A stretch of 64,000 nucleotides of DNA from a virus, in the IMG/VR virus record IMGVR_UViG_3300022937_000008, positions 1 to 64,000 of that record, one strand, 5' to 3'. The notes beneath the pieces are model-generated. The model searched no databases. It was not told where the DNA came from and was given only the letters and a program-made list of their open reading frames with translations. This document shows positions 36,124 through 45,420 of the stretch, one piece after another (the stretch's first letter is position 1; the number at the start of each line of letters is the position of its first letter). Position numbers and translations under genes: made by a program.

Positions 36124-37206
36124 TTATTCTCCACTAGTTGCTACTTCAGCCTCCTTGCTAGTTTCCTCAACAACTTCTTCTTGATCAATGAGTTCTGGTT
36201 TAGCATTAAGGTCTGAGATTATCATATCTAATTTATCTCCAACCCACGCTTTACGATACTCAATATGGTCATTGCCTGCAAGGTCAGTGTATTTAAGTCT
36301 ATTGCCTTCTTTTTTCAAAATACCTTTACCTTCGAATAAATCAACCAGTCCTGAATAAGGATCCATTCCTGTTTCATATGGAATCTTAACCTGTACTGCT
36401 TCAAACGGTTTTGCGTAACGAGTTTTCATTACTTTACAAGCCGCTCTAATACCACGTACATCAGTTACTTTGTTACCGTCTTCATCTTCTTTCAGTTTCA
36501 ATTTACGCATTGCTACTACAATTGAACTTGCATAGATAAAGCCTTGACCACCTGAGATTTTATCATCTGGATCAAACATATCTTGTGATGCATAAGTGTG
36601 ATTAGTTGCTACAAGTCCTACATTATGTGAACCAAACATATTAACCGAATTACGAACAAGTGCTGTTAGTGCTTTAGGCTTACGACCCATATCACCTTTT
36701 AAATCACCCTTGTCAAACTGATCAACATCTGTTGGAGTCAGTAGCATACCTAGTGAATCAATTACAAACAATACTTTCGGACGATCTTCTTCTGCCATTT
36801 CTCTATACTCTTTCATAAATTCTGAAATAGTTTTAGCGACATCGTCGATCATACTCATGTTAAGTTTAAGTAATTTTTCTTCACTTGTATCAACATTAAG
36901 TGCCTGCAACCATTGTTCGTCAAGTGCGTTCTCTGAGTCAATAAGAACTACAAAGATACCTTGATCTTGTGCTGCTTTAACAATATTTGCTGAACAGAAG
37001 TATGATTTACCACTACCTGATTCACCTGCAAATACAGTTACCTTTCCTAACGGAACACCTTTGTGAAAATCTCCACTGATCAAATAATTGAGTGCATAGT
37101 TACCTGTGCTAACCCAATCAGTGGGATCATTAAAACCAATACCAAGTCCGTCAATACTTTTAGTAAGGCTTTTTCTAAATTTACTAATATCAAATGGTTT
37201 TGCCAT
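36124..37206 (-). CDS. uvsX: UvsX/RecA-like recombinase
   Basis: STGNYALN, GESGSGKS, DSENA, IDSLG, TNH, SGG; AAGGAG SD before MAKPFD. Confidence 0.95.
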   Translation of the reverse strand: MAKPFDISKFRKSLTKSIDGLGIGFNDPTDWVSTGNYALNYLISGDFHKGVPLGKVTVFAGESGSGKSYFCSANIVKAAQDQGIFVVLIDSENALDEQWLQALNVDTSEEKLLKLNMSMIDDVAKTISEFMKEYREMAEEDRPKVLFVIDSLGMLLTPTDVDQFDKGDLKGDMGRKPKALTALVRNSVNMFGSHNVGLVATNHTYASQDMFDPDDKISGGQGFIYASSIVVAMRKLKLKEDEDGNKVTDVRGIRAACKVMKTRYAKPFEAVQVKIPYETGMDPYSGLVDLFEGKGILKKEGNRLKYTDLAGNDHIEYRKAWVGDKLDMIISDLNAKPELIDQEEVVEETSKEAEVATSGE

Positions 37207-37227
37207 GTTTATCTCCTTCCATATACT

Positions 37228-37252
37228 ATAGGGAGTGACTAGCACTCCCTAT
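37228..37252. terminator. stem-loop between gp32 and uvsX
   Basis: ATAGGGAGTG-ACTAG-CACTCCCTAT; no U-tract on the minus strand, so possibly a processing or attenuation site. Confidence 0.5.
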
Positions 37253-37262
37253 GTATTTTTTA

Positions 37263-38246
37263 TTAGCCTTGTTGTCTGTTACGAATCATTGCAAGAATAT
37301 CTTGCGCTCTATTTGCGCTGTCATTACCTGCTGTAGATTCTTCAGCCGCTGGTGCTGCTGTTTCAGTTACTGGCTCTGCCGCTGGAGTTGGAGTTGCTGC
37401 TGCCGGTGCAGATGGTGCTGCCTTACTTGTTACATTCGGATCACCTGTCTGCTGTGACATACCTGCTGGACGGAAGTATTGTCCCCAACGTTCCATATCA
37501 TATGCTTCACCGTCTACTGACGCTTCAAACATTTCTTTCATTACTTTAAGTTCAACTTCAGTTGGCTTCTTAGGTAAGAAGTCTGATAAGTTAAACAATC
37601 CATGACTATCAACTGCTGCTTGTTCTTCATCAGTTAATGATCTTTCTCTACGTGACCATTGTGATGTTGAGTAATCAGCATAGCCGCCTTTAGAAGTTTT
37701 CTTAATTCTAAAGTCTACGCCTTTTAGATAATCTGTTGGAAGTTCTTCCAACTCAGGATCCATTAAAGCACTTTTAATAATTTGGAAAATTTGTGGTCCA
37801 ATAATAAAACGTCTAATTGGATTATCTGGGGTAGTTTCTTCGTTTAGTGGATCATCTGAAACAAAGCCTTGGAAAATGTATGAACGCTTTTTCCAATACT
37901 TACGGCCCATATCTTCTAGTGACTTGTCTTTAAACCAGCCACGTACTTCAGATAGGATCGGACAAGTAGTACCGTCATTGTACATTTCCACGCATGGAAC
38001 CTGAACAATTGTTTGACGATTGTCTGACTCGCCTTTAACTCCCGCAAATGGAAGTTTGATCATTGCACGTTCAACCCAAAAGAATGTGTTGGCTGAGTTA
38101 CCATCTGGTAAGAACCTTACCACGGCTTCTTTGCCTTCTTGCATATTCCAATGTGGGTAAACTGCGTTATCGCCGCCACCTGTGTTTCCAGATGTACGTG
38201 TTTGAGCTTCTTGAAGTTTAGCTCGGATTTCTGCTAATGTTGCCAT
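37263..38246 (-). CDS. gp32: gp32-like single-stranded DNA-binding protein
   Basis: VRFLP, PC..CP, YWKKRSY, G.DFRIKK..KGGYADYSTS; Ala/Pro linker. Confidence 0.9.
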   Translation of the reverse strand: MATLAEIRAKLQEAQTRTSGNTGGGDNAVYPHWNMQEGKEAVVRFLPDGNSANTFFWVERAMIKLPFAGVKGESDNRQTIVQVPCVEMYNDGTTCPILSEVRGWFKDKSLEDMGRKYWKKRSYIFQGFVSDDPLNEETTPDNPIRRFIIGPQIFQIIKSALMDPELEELPTDYLKGVDFRIKKTSKGGYADYSTSQWSRRERSLTDEEQAAVDSHGLFNLSDFLPKKPTEVELKVMKEMFEASVDGEAYDMERWGQYFRPAGMSQQTGDPNVTSKAAPSAPAAATPTPAAEPVTETAAPAAEESTAGNDSANRAQDILAMIRNRQQG

Positions 38247-38307
38247 TTTTGTAGCCTCCTTTGTTGCCTAATGTAAAAATGTCATTTATGCCTAATGCAC
38301 AATATGT

Positions 38308-38336
38308 ATTATGTGCTCTTTTATTTATCTTGTCAA
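38308..38336 (-). promoter_or_regulatory. nested early and late promoter of gp32
   Basis: TTGACA-N17-CATAAT with GATAAATA inside the spacer. Confidence 0.7.
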
Positions 38337-38368
38337 CAAGATTCTTAAATTTTTTTATTCCAAAGTTT

Positions 38369-38533
38369 TTAAGCGCAGCCGTTTTCTTCCATACAAGGCC
38401 AATCTGTGTCATCTGTGTCGACCTTACACGCTGCTAAAACTACAGGATCGTATGTTTCGCCTCTTTGCCATTCTATGTCATAACCTGCACAGCCTGACAT
38501 AAGTGCAGCAATAAACATCATTCTACCTGTCAT
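38369..38533 (-). CDS. small lipoprotein (54 aa; not in ORF track)
   Basis: MTGRMMFIAALMSGCAGYDIEWQRGETYDPVVLAACKVDTDDTDWPCMEENGCA; lipobox MSGC. Confidence 0.55.
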   Translation of the reverse strand: MTGRMMFIAALMSGCAGYDIEWQRGETYDPVVLAACKVDTDDTDWPCMEENGCA

Positions 38534-38747
38534 AGTCTGATCCTTTATTAAATGATTGTATGTCTATGCAGATTTCTAATTGTATGTTTGATAGTGTTTT
38601 AGGATCTTGATCGCAATGAATAGTACCGTGCTGTACACTTTCATGCATATCAGGTTCTTTACTTATAGGTCCATACCAAATTAAAAATGCAAATAAACCA
38701 ATGATTAACAATAAACCCCAACCGCTTGGGTTTGGTGCTTTATCCAT
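38523..38747 (-). CDS. small single-TM protein
   Basis: N-terminal TM, two Cys. Confidence 0.65.
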   Translation of the reverse strand: MDKAPNPSGWGLLLIIGLFAFLIWYGPISKEPDMHESVQHGTIHCDQDPKTLSNIQLEICIDIQSFNKGSDYDR

Positions 38748-38756
38748 TTTTACTTC

Positions 38757-38918
38757 CTAAACGCAGTCGCCTATATCTAATAGTCTTAGATAGACTCCGC
38801 GATCATATTCATCTTTAGATAACCAATTTCCTTTACTAAAGACAGCAAGGTTACCATTTTGATCTAGTGCTTGTTGTCCTTCGAAAGGTTCAGGTATCTC
38901 CCTTACAACAACTTTCAT
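38757..38918 (-). CDS. hypothetical protein (53 aa; not in ORF track)
   Basis: MKVVVREIPEPFEGQQALDQNG...LDIGDCV; AAGGA SD. Confidence 0.6.
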   Translation of the reverse strand: MKVVVREIPEPFEGQQALDQNGNLAVFSKGNWLSKDEYDRGVYLRLLDIGDCV

Positions 38919-38944
38919 AATAATTCCTTTTGAGAATGTTAACT

Positions 38945-38980
38945 AAAAATGCTCCGCTTTGTGAGCGGAGCATAGTTTTT
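38945..38980. terminator. bidirectional rho-independent terminator downstream of pqqA
   Basis: ATGCTCCGCT-TTGTG-AGCGGAGCAT with A-run and T-run flanks. Confidence 0.85.
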
Positions 38981-38992
38981 ACGCAAATAAAA

Positions 38993-39064
38993 TTACTTGT
39001 TCATGATGTACATAGTAACTTCAAATCCAAAGCGCATTTCTTCTGCTACTGGCTTAGTCCACAT
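38993..39064 (-). CDS. pqqA: pyrroloquinoline quinone precursor peptide PqqA (23 aa; not in ORF track)
   Basis: MWTKPVAEEMRFGFEVTMYIMNK: W.KP leader and GFEVTMY with the ExxxY core; AAGGAG SD; own terminator. Confidence 0.93.
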   Translation of the reverse strand: MWTKPVAEEMRFGFEVTMYIMNK

Positions 39065-39144
39065 AATGTGTCTCCTTTTCAGATTAAATTATGTAAACAG
39101 TTCATCGGAGATGCTGACCCAAAGTCCGATTTGAGTTCACCTAG

Positions 39145-39175
39145 AAAATAAAAGTGTAGTATTGCTACTACACTT
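39145..39175 (-). terminator. GNRA-loop hairpin / terminator upstream of pqqA
   Basis: AAGTGTAGTA-GCAA-TACTACACTT then TTATTTT. Confidence 0.65.
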
Positions 39176-39227
39176 CTATTTAACTCTATTATAAATGATT
39201 AATTAAAAAAATCAATAAAGAAAATCA

Positions 39228-41480
39228 TTAAAACTGTATAAGTGATTTAATACGTTCTAATTCTTCTAGTTCTTCTGCGCCTTGTTCTTGGTGTGGAGCC
39301 ATTCTTTCTACCATTTTACGAGCAATTGTTCCAGCCTGTTCACCAAACTTTTTGTCTACCATTACTGCAACGCCTTCTGGTCCTTTAGGGAATGTGCCTG
39401 AATTTGTATCATAAAACGAATGTACAAATTTTGCAACATCTTCTAGTGTATGTTCTTCACCGTCTGAAGTCTTAAACTTAGTGCCTTTCTTAGCACCCTG
39501 TGATTTTAGGTCCTGAACTTTTTTGCTAAATTCATTACCTTCGGGCATATCATCCTGTCCTACATACTTGTAGTTGCCTTTGTCATCAAAGTCGTTTTCA
39601 ATTGTATCGATGGCAAATTTGATCTCCATCGGATCCGCTTTCTCGCCCTTGATTGCATTAATGACTTCTTGCTTGGACATCTTAAGTCCACTTTCCTTGT
39701 CACCGTCGTTGGTATAGTCTGAAATTAATTCATCAACACCAATCATTATGTCTGACATTCCGCCTTCTTTAGTAACGCCTTCTTCTGCATATGATTCTGC
39801 TTGATAACCTGCTTGTTCTAGAGCATCTAAAATTTTCTCTCTAGGAGTCATTGTATGAATTATAACGCCGCCTTGTTTGGCTTCGTCTGGTTCACAAGCA
39901 GCCTTAATACCTTTGCTTTGTAATTCTTTTTCCATTGATGCACAAGCCTTTTCATCAATGCCTCTATCTTCGTCATAGTCTCCGTCAACATAAATTGCAT
40001 GAGCATATGGCTCTGATTGCCCTTCATATCCTGATGCTTCTTGTTGTGGTTCAACTTCATCTGCACCAACTGCTGGTTCATCAGTCATATCACCGAAATC
40101 TAATTCTTCAGCAACTTCAGGTGCATTTTCATCAATCCATGCTTTAACTAAAGATCTAATATCTGCGTTAGCATCTTCTGAAGCTTTCTTTTTAATGTCT
40201 TGCTCTAATTTTGGATCTTCAATAATGCCTTCTAAACTTTGAATAGCATTAGTACCATCTACGCCTGCTTGGAATTCTTGACCCACTAGTTCATTTAATT
40301 TTTTAATCATGTCAGCCTTTTCTTCATCGTCTGCCATTACTAATGGTGATTCTTCGCCTAGTGCAGTTGCCCAGTTTTCAAATTTATCAAAAATATCTGA
40401 TTTTAATTGTTCTTCTGTTTGAGGTGCTTCAACATCCTTTGTCATTTCGACTATGTCGTCGTAGCCTACTGTTTCTTCTTCTTTCATCAATCTATATAAA
40501 ACTGGAAAGACTTCTGCAATATCCTCTTTGAAATTTTTAACTGTAAATTTTTCTTTAAATTGTTCCATTACATCATCAGGTACTTCATAACCTTGTTGTG
40601 CTGCAAAGGATTCTCTATATGATTCGTAATGTGCCTGTTTCGCTAATTTAGCAACTGTTTCTCTTAGATTATCAAGTTGCATTTTACTACGCTCAACGAT
40701 TGAATTTGTGTCGGAGTTCATTAAATCGTTTCTTACTACGTAATTTGTAAAACTTTTTAGTTGAGCAATTTCTTCACTCATCTTGATAATACTTTCACCA
40801 ATTTCATCGTATGGTAATCCACCATTAGCAACGTGACGTTGCATAGCACGAGCTCCTGCTAAATGGATAAATGGATATTTAAATCTTTCACCTGATGAAT
40901 TTTCTACAAACAACGCAGCGATATTTCTTGATCTATCTCCTGGTCTTTGTTCATGATCATCAGCTAATGTTTTGCTGTGTTTAATAATTAATCTTGTATC
41001 TTCTAGTTTTTGGAAACTTTGCTTCTTCGTTCCATAAAGTGAGCTCTCATTCATTACGTTTTCTCCGACAGGCTTAGTAATTGTATCATTGTCTGCTTTA
41101 GGTGTTGCATACTGACTTAGGAAACTGTAGTCTCTTTTGTCTAGATTGTCTTTTGTAATATCTCTAGTATCAAATGCTAGTAATCTAAGTTTTGCAAATT
41201 GACGAAGTTCTCTTAAAAATTTATACCACCCTGTTTTTTGTTTATCGTCCATACCTTCAGTAATACCACTTGAAAAGTATACTTTCATTGAATTAGGCTC
41301 AGCTAGGCTAATGCTAACATGACCTAATCTTTTGTCATTTTCTACATAATCAAAGTCAAAAAATCTAGCGTCTTCAGGGTTAATTGTAATCGCGCCAGCT
41401 GCTTCACCTAACTTTAAGCCAGTGAATCTACTTCTAATTTTGTAGAACAAGTCTGTTGATATATTACCGGTTGCATCCAT
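39228..41480 (-). CDS. large acidic late protein, probably head-associated
   Basis: 750 aa directly downstream of terminase; GATAAATA promoter. Confidence 0.7.
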   Translation of the reverse strand: MDATGNISTDLFYKIRSRFTGLKLGEAAGAITINPEDARFFDFDYVENDKRLGHVSISLAEPNSMKVYFSSGITEGMDDKQKTGWYKFLRELRQFAKLRLLAFDTRDITKDNLDKRDYSFLSQYATPKADNDTITKPVGENVMNESSLYGTKKQSFQKLEDTRLIIKHSKTLADDHEQRPGDRSRNIAALFVENSSGERFKYPFIHLAGARAMQRHVANGGLPYDEIGESIIKMSEEIAQLKSFTNYVVRNDLMNSDTNSIVERSKMQLDNLRETVAKLAKQAHYESYRESFAAQQGYEVPDDVMEQFKEKFTVKNFKEDIAEVFPVLYRLMKEEETVGYDDIVEMTKDVEAPQTEEQLKSDIFDKFENWATALGEESPLVMADDEEKADMIKKLNELVGQEFQAGVDGTNAIQSLEGIIEDPKLEQDIKKKASEDANADIRSLVKAWIDENAPEVAEELDFGDMTDEPAVGADEVEPQQEASGYEGQSEPYAHAIYVDGDYDEDRGIDEKACASMEKELQSKGIKAACEPDEAKQGGVIIHTMTPREKILDALEQAGYQAESYAEEGVTKEGGMSDIMIGVDELISDYTNDGDKESGLKMSKQEVINAIKGEKADPMEIKFAIDTIENDFDDKGNYKYVGQDDMPEGNEFSKKVQDLKSQGAKKGTKFKTSDGEEHTLEDVAKFVHSFYDTNSGTFPKGPEGVAVMVDKKFGEQAGTIARKMVERMAPHQEQGAEELEELERIKSLIQF

Positions 41481-41493
41481 AGTAATGTATTTA

Positions 41494-43083
41494 TCAATAT
41501 CCTCCGCTAACGAAGATCGGCATTGGGAACTGATCTTCAGTCAATCTTTCAGTCAATCTTTCGTATATTTTTGGATCCCAATCTGCTAATAGATTAGCCA
41601 TTCGTACAATTAACAATACAGCTGACACTAAATCGTCGTGTTCACCGCTTTTGGCAGCATACCCTGTACCGTGCGATACAAATGTTTTAAGTTCTGATAT
41701 AAGCGGTTTGCTGTATATTGTAAGTTTATTCTTTTCAAGTAGATTTTTAAATGAACTACACGCTGTAATTTTTGTTTTATGTGTGGTGTTAAACCCTTTT
41801 CTATAACGTCTTACGTGTCCTTTTCTAATAGGCTCACTTAAAAACAATCCTGCGAAGTTTTCTTCACCAATATCTTTAATTACAACAAGTGCTGCTTCGC
41901 CTAGTGTATTGTTTTCAACACTATAGTAAATAACAGGATTGTCGTTGCCTTTTTCTCTCATTTGTTCAGAGATATATTGACAAAGATCTTTTAAAATTCT
42001 AATTTGTCCTTGTACAGGAGTTGTATTATGACGCCATTCTGCTACTTGAGTTAGACTAGGCATTTCAAATACTTGAATAGCAGCATAGTCACCACCTGTG
42101 CCTAAACTAGGATCTAAACTAATAAGATATGTTGCTCTTGGATTAATATCTTTATACCAACGTGTTTGACCCATCGACATTACAGGTTCAACACCTTCAA
42201 GCTCTGCTAGTTTAACTGAATTAATAAGTGTTTCATCAAAGATCAAGAACTCACAATCAAATTCTCGGCGGAATCTTTCTTCACCAATCTTGGCTTTTTC
42301 TTCTGCCGCCCATGCGTCATCTCTATCTGGATGTTCTTCCCAATGTGCAAAGTAAGGAAAGAAACCGTTAGTTCCTACCTTTTGATCGTTGCCATACTCG
42401 TCGAATTTTTTATTTGCTTCTGTCCATATCATAGCAAATTGATCTTCATCTGAGTTTGGTGTTGAAGTTACAATTGCCTTACCGCCTGTTGATAGTGTAG
42501 GTGAAAGCGCAGTCCAAAACTCTCGAGCTTTTTCAGGAGGTTGCACAAACGCAAACTCGTCACAGTATATTAATGAAAGTGATTTACCACGTCCAGTATC
42601 TTCTGTTGTAGTAGTTGCTTGTATTCTACTACCGTTATCAAATTCAATAGTGTTTCTGTTATAGGTATAGATACCTGCACGAATAAAGTCAGGTAAGTTT
42701 TCATAACCGAATCTATATCTGTTCATGATATCCTGCGCACCTGTATATTTGTGTGCAGCAATTAGTACTTGTGCTTCTGGTGTAAACATACAATACCATA
42801 ATAGATATGCCGCAGCACAAGTTGTTTTACCCATCTGTCTAGGTAACATTGCTACAGTATATCTGTAATCGTGATATGCTCTTAATAATTCTTCTTGATA
42901 ACCGTAAGGAGCAAATTTCATTGAACCTTTAGTTGGGTGCTGGATCTTAATAAAGTTTTTAGCAAAGTATAATGGACCGTCAACAGGATCCATACACTTT
43001 TCTAAGTGATTTAATTCATCAATTGTGTATTTTATCTTACTATGGGCCTTCTTAATTTGAACGCCGTCTAAACTCTTTGCCAT
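41494..43083 (-). CDS. gp17: terminase large subunit
   Basis: YQ, PRQMGKT, GRG, YCDEFAF, TSTPN, RREFDCEF, DPSLGTGGDY, HDDLV. Confidence 0.97.
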   Translation of the reverse strand: MAKSLDGVQIKKAHSKIKYTIDELNHLEKCMDPVDGPLYFAKNFIKIQHPTKGSMKFAPYGYQEELLRAYHDYRYTVAMLPRQMGKTTCAAAYLLWYCMFTPEAQVLIAAHKYTGAQDIMNRYRFGYENLPDFIRAGIYTYNRNTIEFDNGSRIQATTTTEDTGRGKSLSLIYCDEFAFVQPPEKAREFWTALSPTLSTGGKAIVTSTPNSDEDQFAMIWTEANKKFDEYGNDQKVGTNGFFPYFAHWEEHPDRDDAWAAEEKAKIGEERFRREFDCEFLIFDETLINSVKLAELEGVEPVMSMGQTRWYKDINPRATYLISLDPSLGTGGDYAAIQVFEMPSLTQVAEWRHNTTPVQGQIRILKDLCQYISEQMREKGNDNPVIYYSVENNTLGEAALVVIKDIGEENFAGLFLSEPIRKGHVRRYRKGFNTTHKTKITACSSFKNLLEKNKLTIYSKPLISELKTFVSHGTGYAAKSGEHDDLVSAVLLIVRMANLLADWDPKIYERLTERLTEDQFPMPIFVSGGY

Positions 43084-43097
43084 ACTAGTATTTACTC

Positions 43098-43124
43098 AAA
43101 AAAATAGGGCCTTGCGGCCCTATT
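43098..43124 (-). terminator. rho-independent terminator
   Basis: AATAGGGCC-GCAA-GGCCCTATT then T-run, directly followed by the gp17 late promoter. Confidence 0.85.
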
Positions 43125-43145
43125 GAATAACATAATGAAGCGTTA

Positions 43146-43574
43146 TTATGCTAATTGGAAAGTTGTTTTAACAGTACAAGTAACAGCAGTCATATCAAAG
43201 TTGTTGTTACCGTATGTAGCACCTAATGCTTGAATCTCGTCTTCAATTTGTTCAACAAGTGTTTCAGCGCCTGCTCCGTCCCAATCTAATGAATCGTTTG
43301 GAGTTTCAACTGCGAAACACATTTGAGTGTTTGTGTCAAATAAAGCACCACGAATAACAATAGTAGCATACTTGCCGATAATTTCAACCACTGCTTGAAT
43401 TGCTTCGTTAGCACCTGTTTCAGCATTTGCTGCTGCAACGAAGTCAACGGTAAACATTGTTAAATCTTTGTTACCCATGTAATCAACTGTTGTTACATCT
43501 TCAACACTATTACGATTTGCAGCAACTAGTACTGAGCTACCGCCACCGATTGTTGCTGTTAATAAGTCTGCCAT
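43146..43574 (-). CDS. putative virion structural protein
   Basis: Ala/Thr/Val-rich, strong SD, followed by terminator. Confidence 0.6.
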   Translation of the reverse strand: MADLLTATIGGGSSVLVAANRNSVEDVTTVDYMGNKDLTMFTVDFVAAANAETGANEAIQAVVEIIGKYATIVIRGALFDTNTQMCFAVETPNDSLDWDGAGAETLVEQIEDEIQALGATYGNNNFDMTAVTCTVKTTFQLA

Positions 43575-44320
43575 TATTTCGCTCCTTTAGTTTCTGCTAA
43601 TGCTTTTTGTAATTCTGATCTAATTTGATCAACTAGACTAACTTCTTCTTTTACTTTTTGCATTGGATTGTCAGCACCAGCGACTTTAGGATGTGTATCT
43701 TTACGTCTGTTCATACCGCCTGACATTTTGTTAACCATGTAGTCGATATCTTTTTCATCTTCATCTGGTTCGTTAGCCCATGCTTCGTCTTTTTCTTTTT
43801 CATCTTCATCATCTTTTTCCATGTCATGGTCATCCATGTCATGGTCACCGTCGTCATCTCTGTCAACAGTTTTATGAAGTTTTTCTTCTTCGTCGTGATC
43901 TTTTTCGTGAGCGTCTAACTTTCCGTCATCGTCGTAATCGTTATCATCTCCCTTATCACCAAGTGCTTTGATATCAATCATATCTTTTTCGCCACCTGGC
44001 ATATCATCATTATCGCCATCGAAGTCTGGAATTAATTTATTAATTGGTTTAATAGCGATTGGCATTGGCGCTGATGGCATTGGTTCTGGAACCTTTGGCA
44101 TCATGTCTGGATTTACTTTTTGAAAAAGTTTCATCGCATCTGCAATAGCATCACCTTCAGCAGAAATAGTTAAATTCATTCTTGGCTTTTCTTCTGGTTT
44201 AGGTGGCATAGTAGGTGCCATTGGTGCTGGCATTGGATCGCCGCAAGCCTCATCTGTTGGAACATCTACTCTTGCTGTGTCAAGTTCCTGCATTTTGGCC
44301 ACTAATTCTTGAAAGTTCAT
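43574..44320 (-). CDS. acidic Pro/Met-rich protein with DxDxDG and His-rich tract
   Basis: DFDGDND, DYDDDGKLD, DRDDDGDHDMDDHD. Confidence 0.7.
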   Translation of the reverse strand: MNFQELVAKMQELDTARVDVPTDEACGDPMPAPMAPTMPPKPEEKPRMNLTISAEGDAIADAMKLFQKVNPDMMPKVPEPMPSAPMPIAIKPINKLIPDFDGDNDDMPGGEKDMIDIKALGDKGDDNDYDDDGKLDAHEKDHDEEEKLHKTVDRDDDGDHDMDDHDMEKDDEDEKEKDEAWANEPDEDEKDIDYMVNKMSGGMNRRKDTHPKVAGADNPMQKVKEEVSLVDQIRSELQKALAETKGAK

Positions 44321-44321
44321 A

Positions 44322-44906
44322 TTAGTTACTCCCTACAGGACTTTTTACGCCTGCTTTATCTGCTTTAATCTTAGGAACATCTTGATAAACATCAGCTTTT
44401 AATTTGTCAGTCCCTAACTCTTTACGTCTTTCTTTTGATTCCTTAGAAAGACTCTTTAAAAAATCTTTGTTGAAGTCGTCACCGAAGTAATCTTTATGCT
44501 TAGGCTTTAATGCTTCTTTATATTGATTATCGTGTAAAAGAGCACCTGTCATTTTGCTATCACCAACTGCTTGATCTTCTTCGCTAGGACTTGCGCTATT
44601 ACGTACTTTGTAATAACCTGAATCGCAACATCCCATTTCGAAGATTTCTTTTTCAATTTCAGTTGTTGTTAATGGATACTCAGTTACAACATTAAAAGTA
44701 TGAACTTCCACATTTTTAAGCGTAGGAAATTCCATAGGTGATTCTGTAACTGGCGTTGTTTTCATTTTTTCAAAATTAACAACACTTCTGCTTTCCAGTC
44801 TTGCTTTTAATTCGTCAGCAAAACTTTCTGGCACGTCGCCAGCAATCTTCACATTAAAACTATATGTTTTCTTGCTTTCAGCTAGATATTCTTTAAACGT
44901 CTTCAT
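44322..44906 (-). CDS. putative head internal protein
   Basis: N-terminus MKTFKEYLAE matches the T4 capsid-targeting pattern. Confidence 0.7.
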   Translation of the reverse strand: MKTFKEYLAESKKTYSFNVKIAGDVPESFADELKARLESRSVVNFEKMKTTPVTESPMEFPTLKNVEVHTFNVVTEYPLTTTEIEKEIFEMGCCDSGYYKVRNSASPSEEDQAVGDSKMTGALLHDNQYKEALKPKHKDYFGDDFNKDFLKSLSKESKERRKELGTDKLKADVYQDVPKIKADKAGVKSPVGSN

Positions 44907-44914
44907 ATGTATAT

Positions 44915-45412
44915 TTATTCCTTTTCGCTCAATTTCTTGATTAATTCATTGCGATCAAGCATAACATACCCTTTTCCGTCCAAAATATCGTCTTGATCAC
45001 CGCTGTCTTTATCTATTTTAAGTTTTTTTAATTGTAAATCAACAGCTTTTAACTTCTTATCTACCTTAGCTGCTTTTGCTTCTATAGCATTTTTCATCAT
45101 ACTACTAGCAACTTCAAATATTCTACCACTGTATCTTACTTCTACGTTCATACCTAAATCCATTAAATCGTCATATGCTTTTTCTGCTTTTGTAGACAAA
45201 TGATCTAGCTCTTCTTCTCCTAAAGAATCAAGTTCTTTAACTTGTGGTAAATCTCTTGTAATTTCTGCAACTTTGTTATAACTGTCTTCGGCGTTTTTAA
45301 CAACTTTATGATTTTCTTCGACAGCCATAGGATCAACAACAATTTCAGTAGCTGTTTCTACTGCTTGTTCTTTATCTTCTAAATTAAACAGTTCTTCTAA
45401 TTTCTTTGTCAT
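44915..45412 (-). CDS. terminase small subunit (gp16-like)
   Basis: Helical, RIFEVASSMMK motif, near gp17. Confidence 0.55.
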   Translation of the reverse strand: MTKKLEELFNLEDKEQAVETATEIVVDPMAVEENHKVVKNAEDSYNKVAEITRDLPQVKELDSLGEEELDHLSTKAEKAYDDLMDLGMNVEVRYSGRIFEVASSMMKNAIEAKAAKVDKKLKAVDLQLKKLKIDKDSGDQDDILDGKGYVMLDRNELIKKLSEKE

Positions 45413-45420
45413 AATACTAC

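Noticed and set aside
38369-38747. Two-component spanin (Rz/Rz1)
   Set aside because: The TM protein is too short, lacks coiled coil, and no holin or endolysin is adjacent
41537-41562. 12-bp tandem duplication near the terminase 3' end (ERLTERLTE)
   Set aside because: In-frame micro-duplication in a variable tail with no evident function
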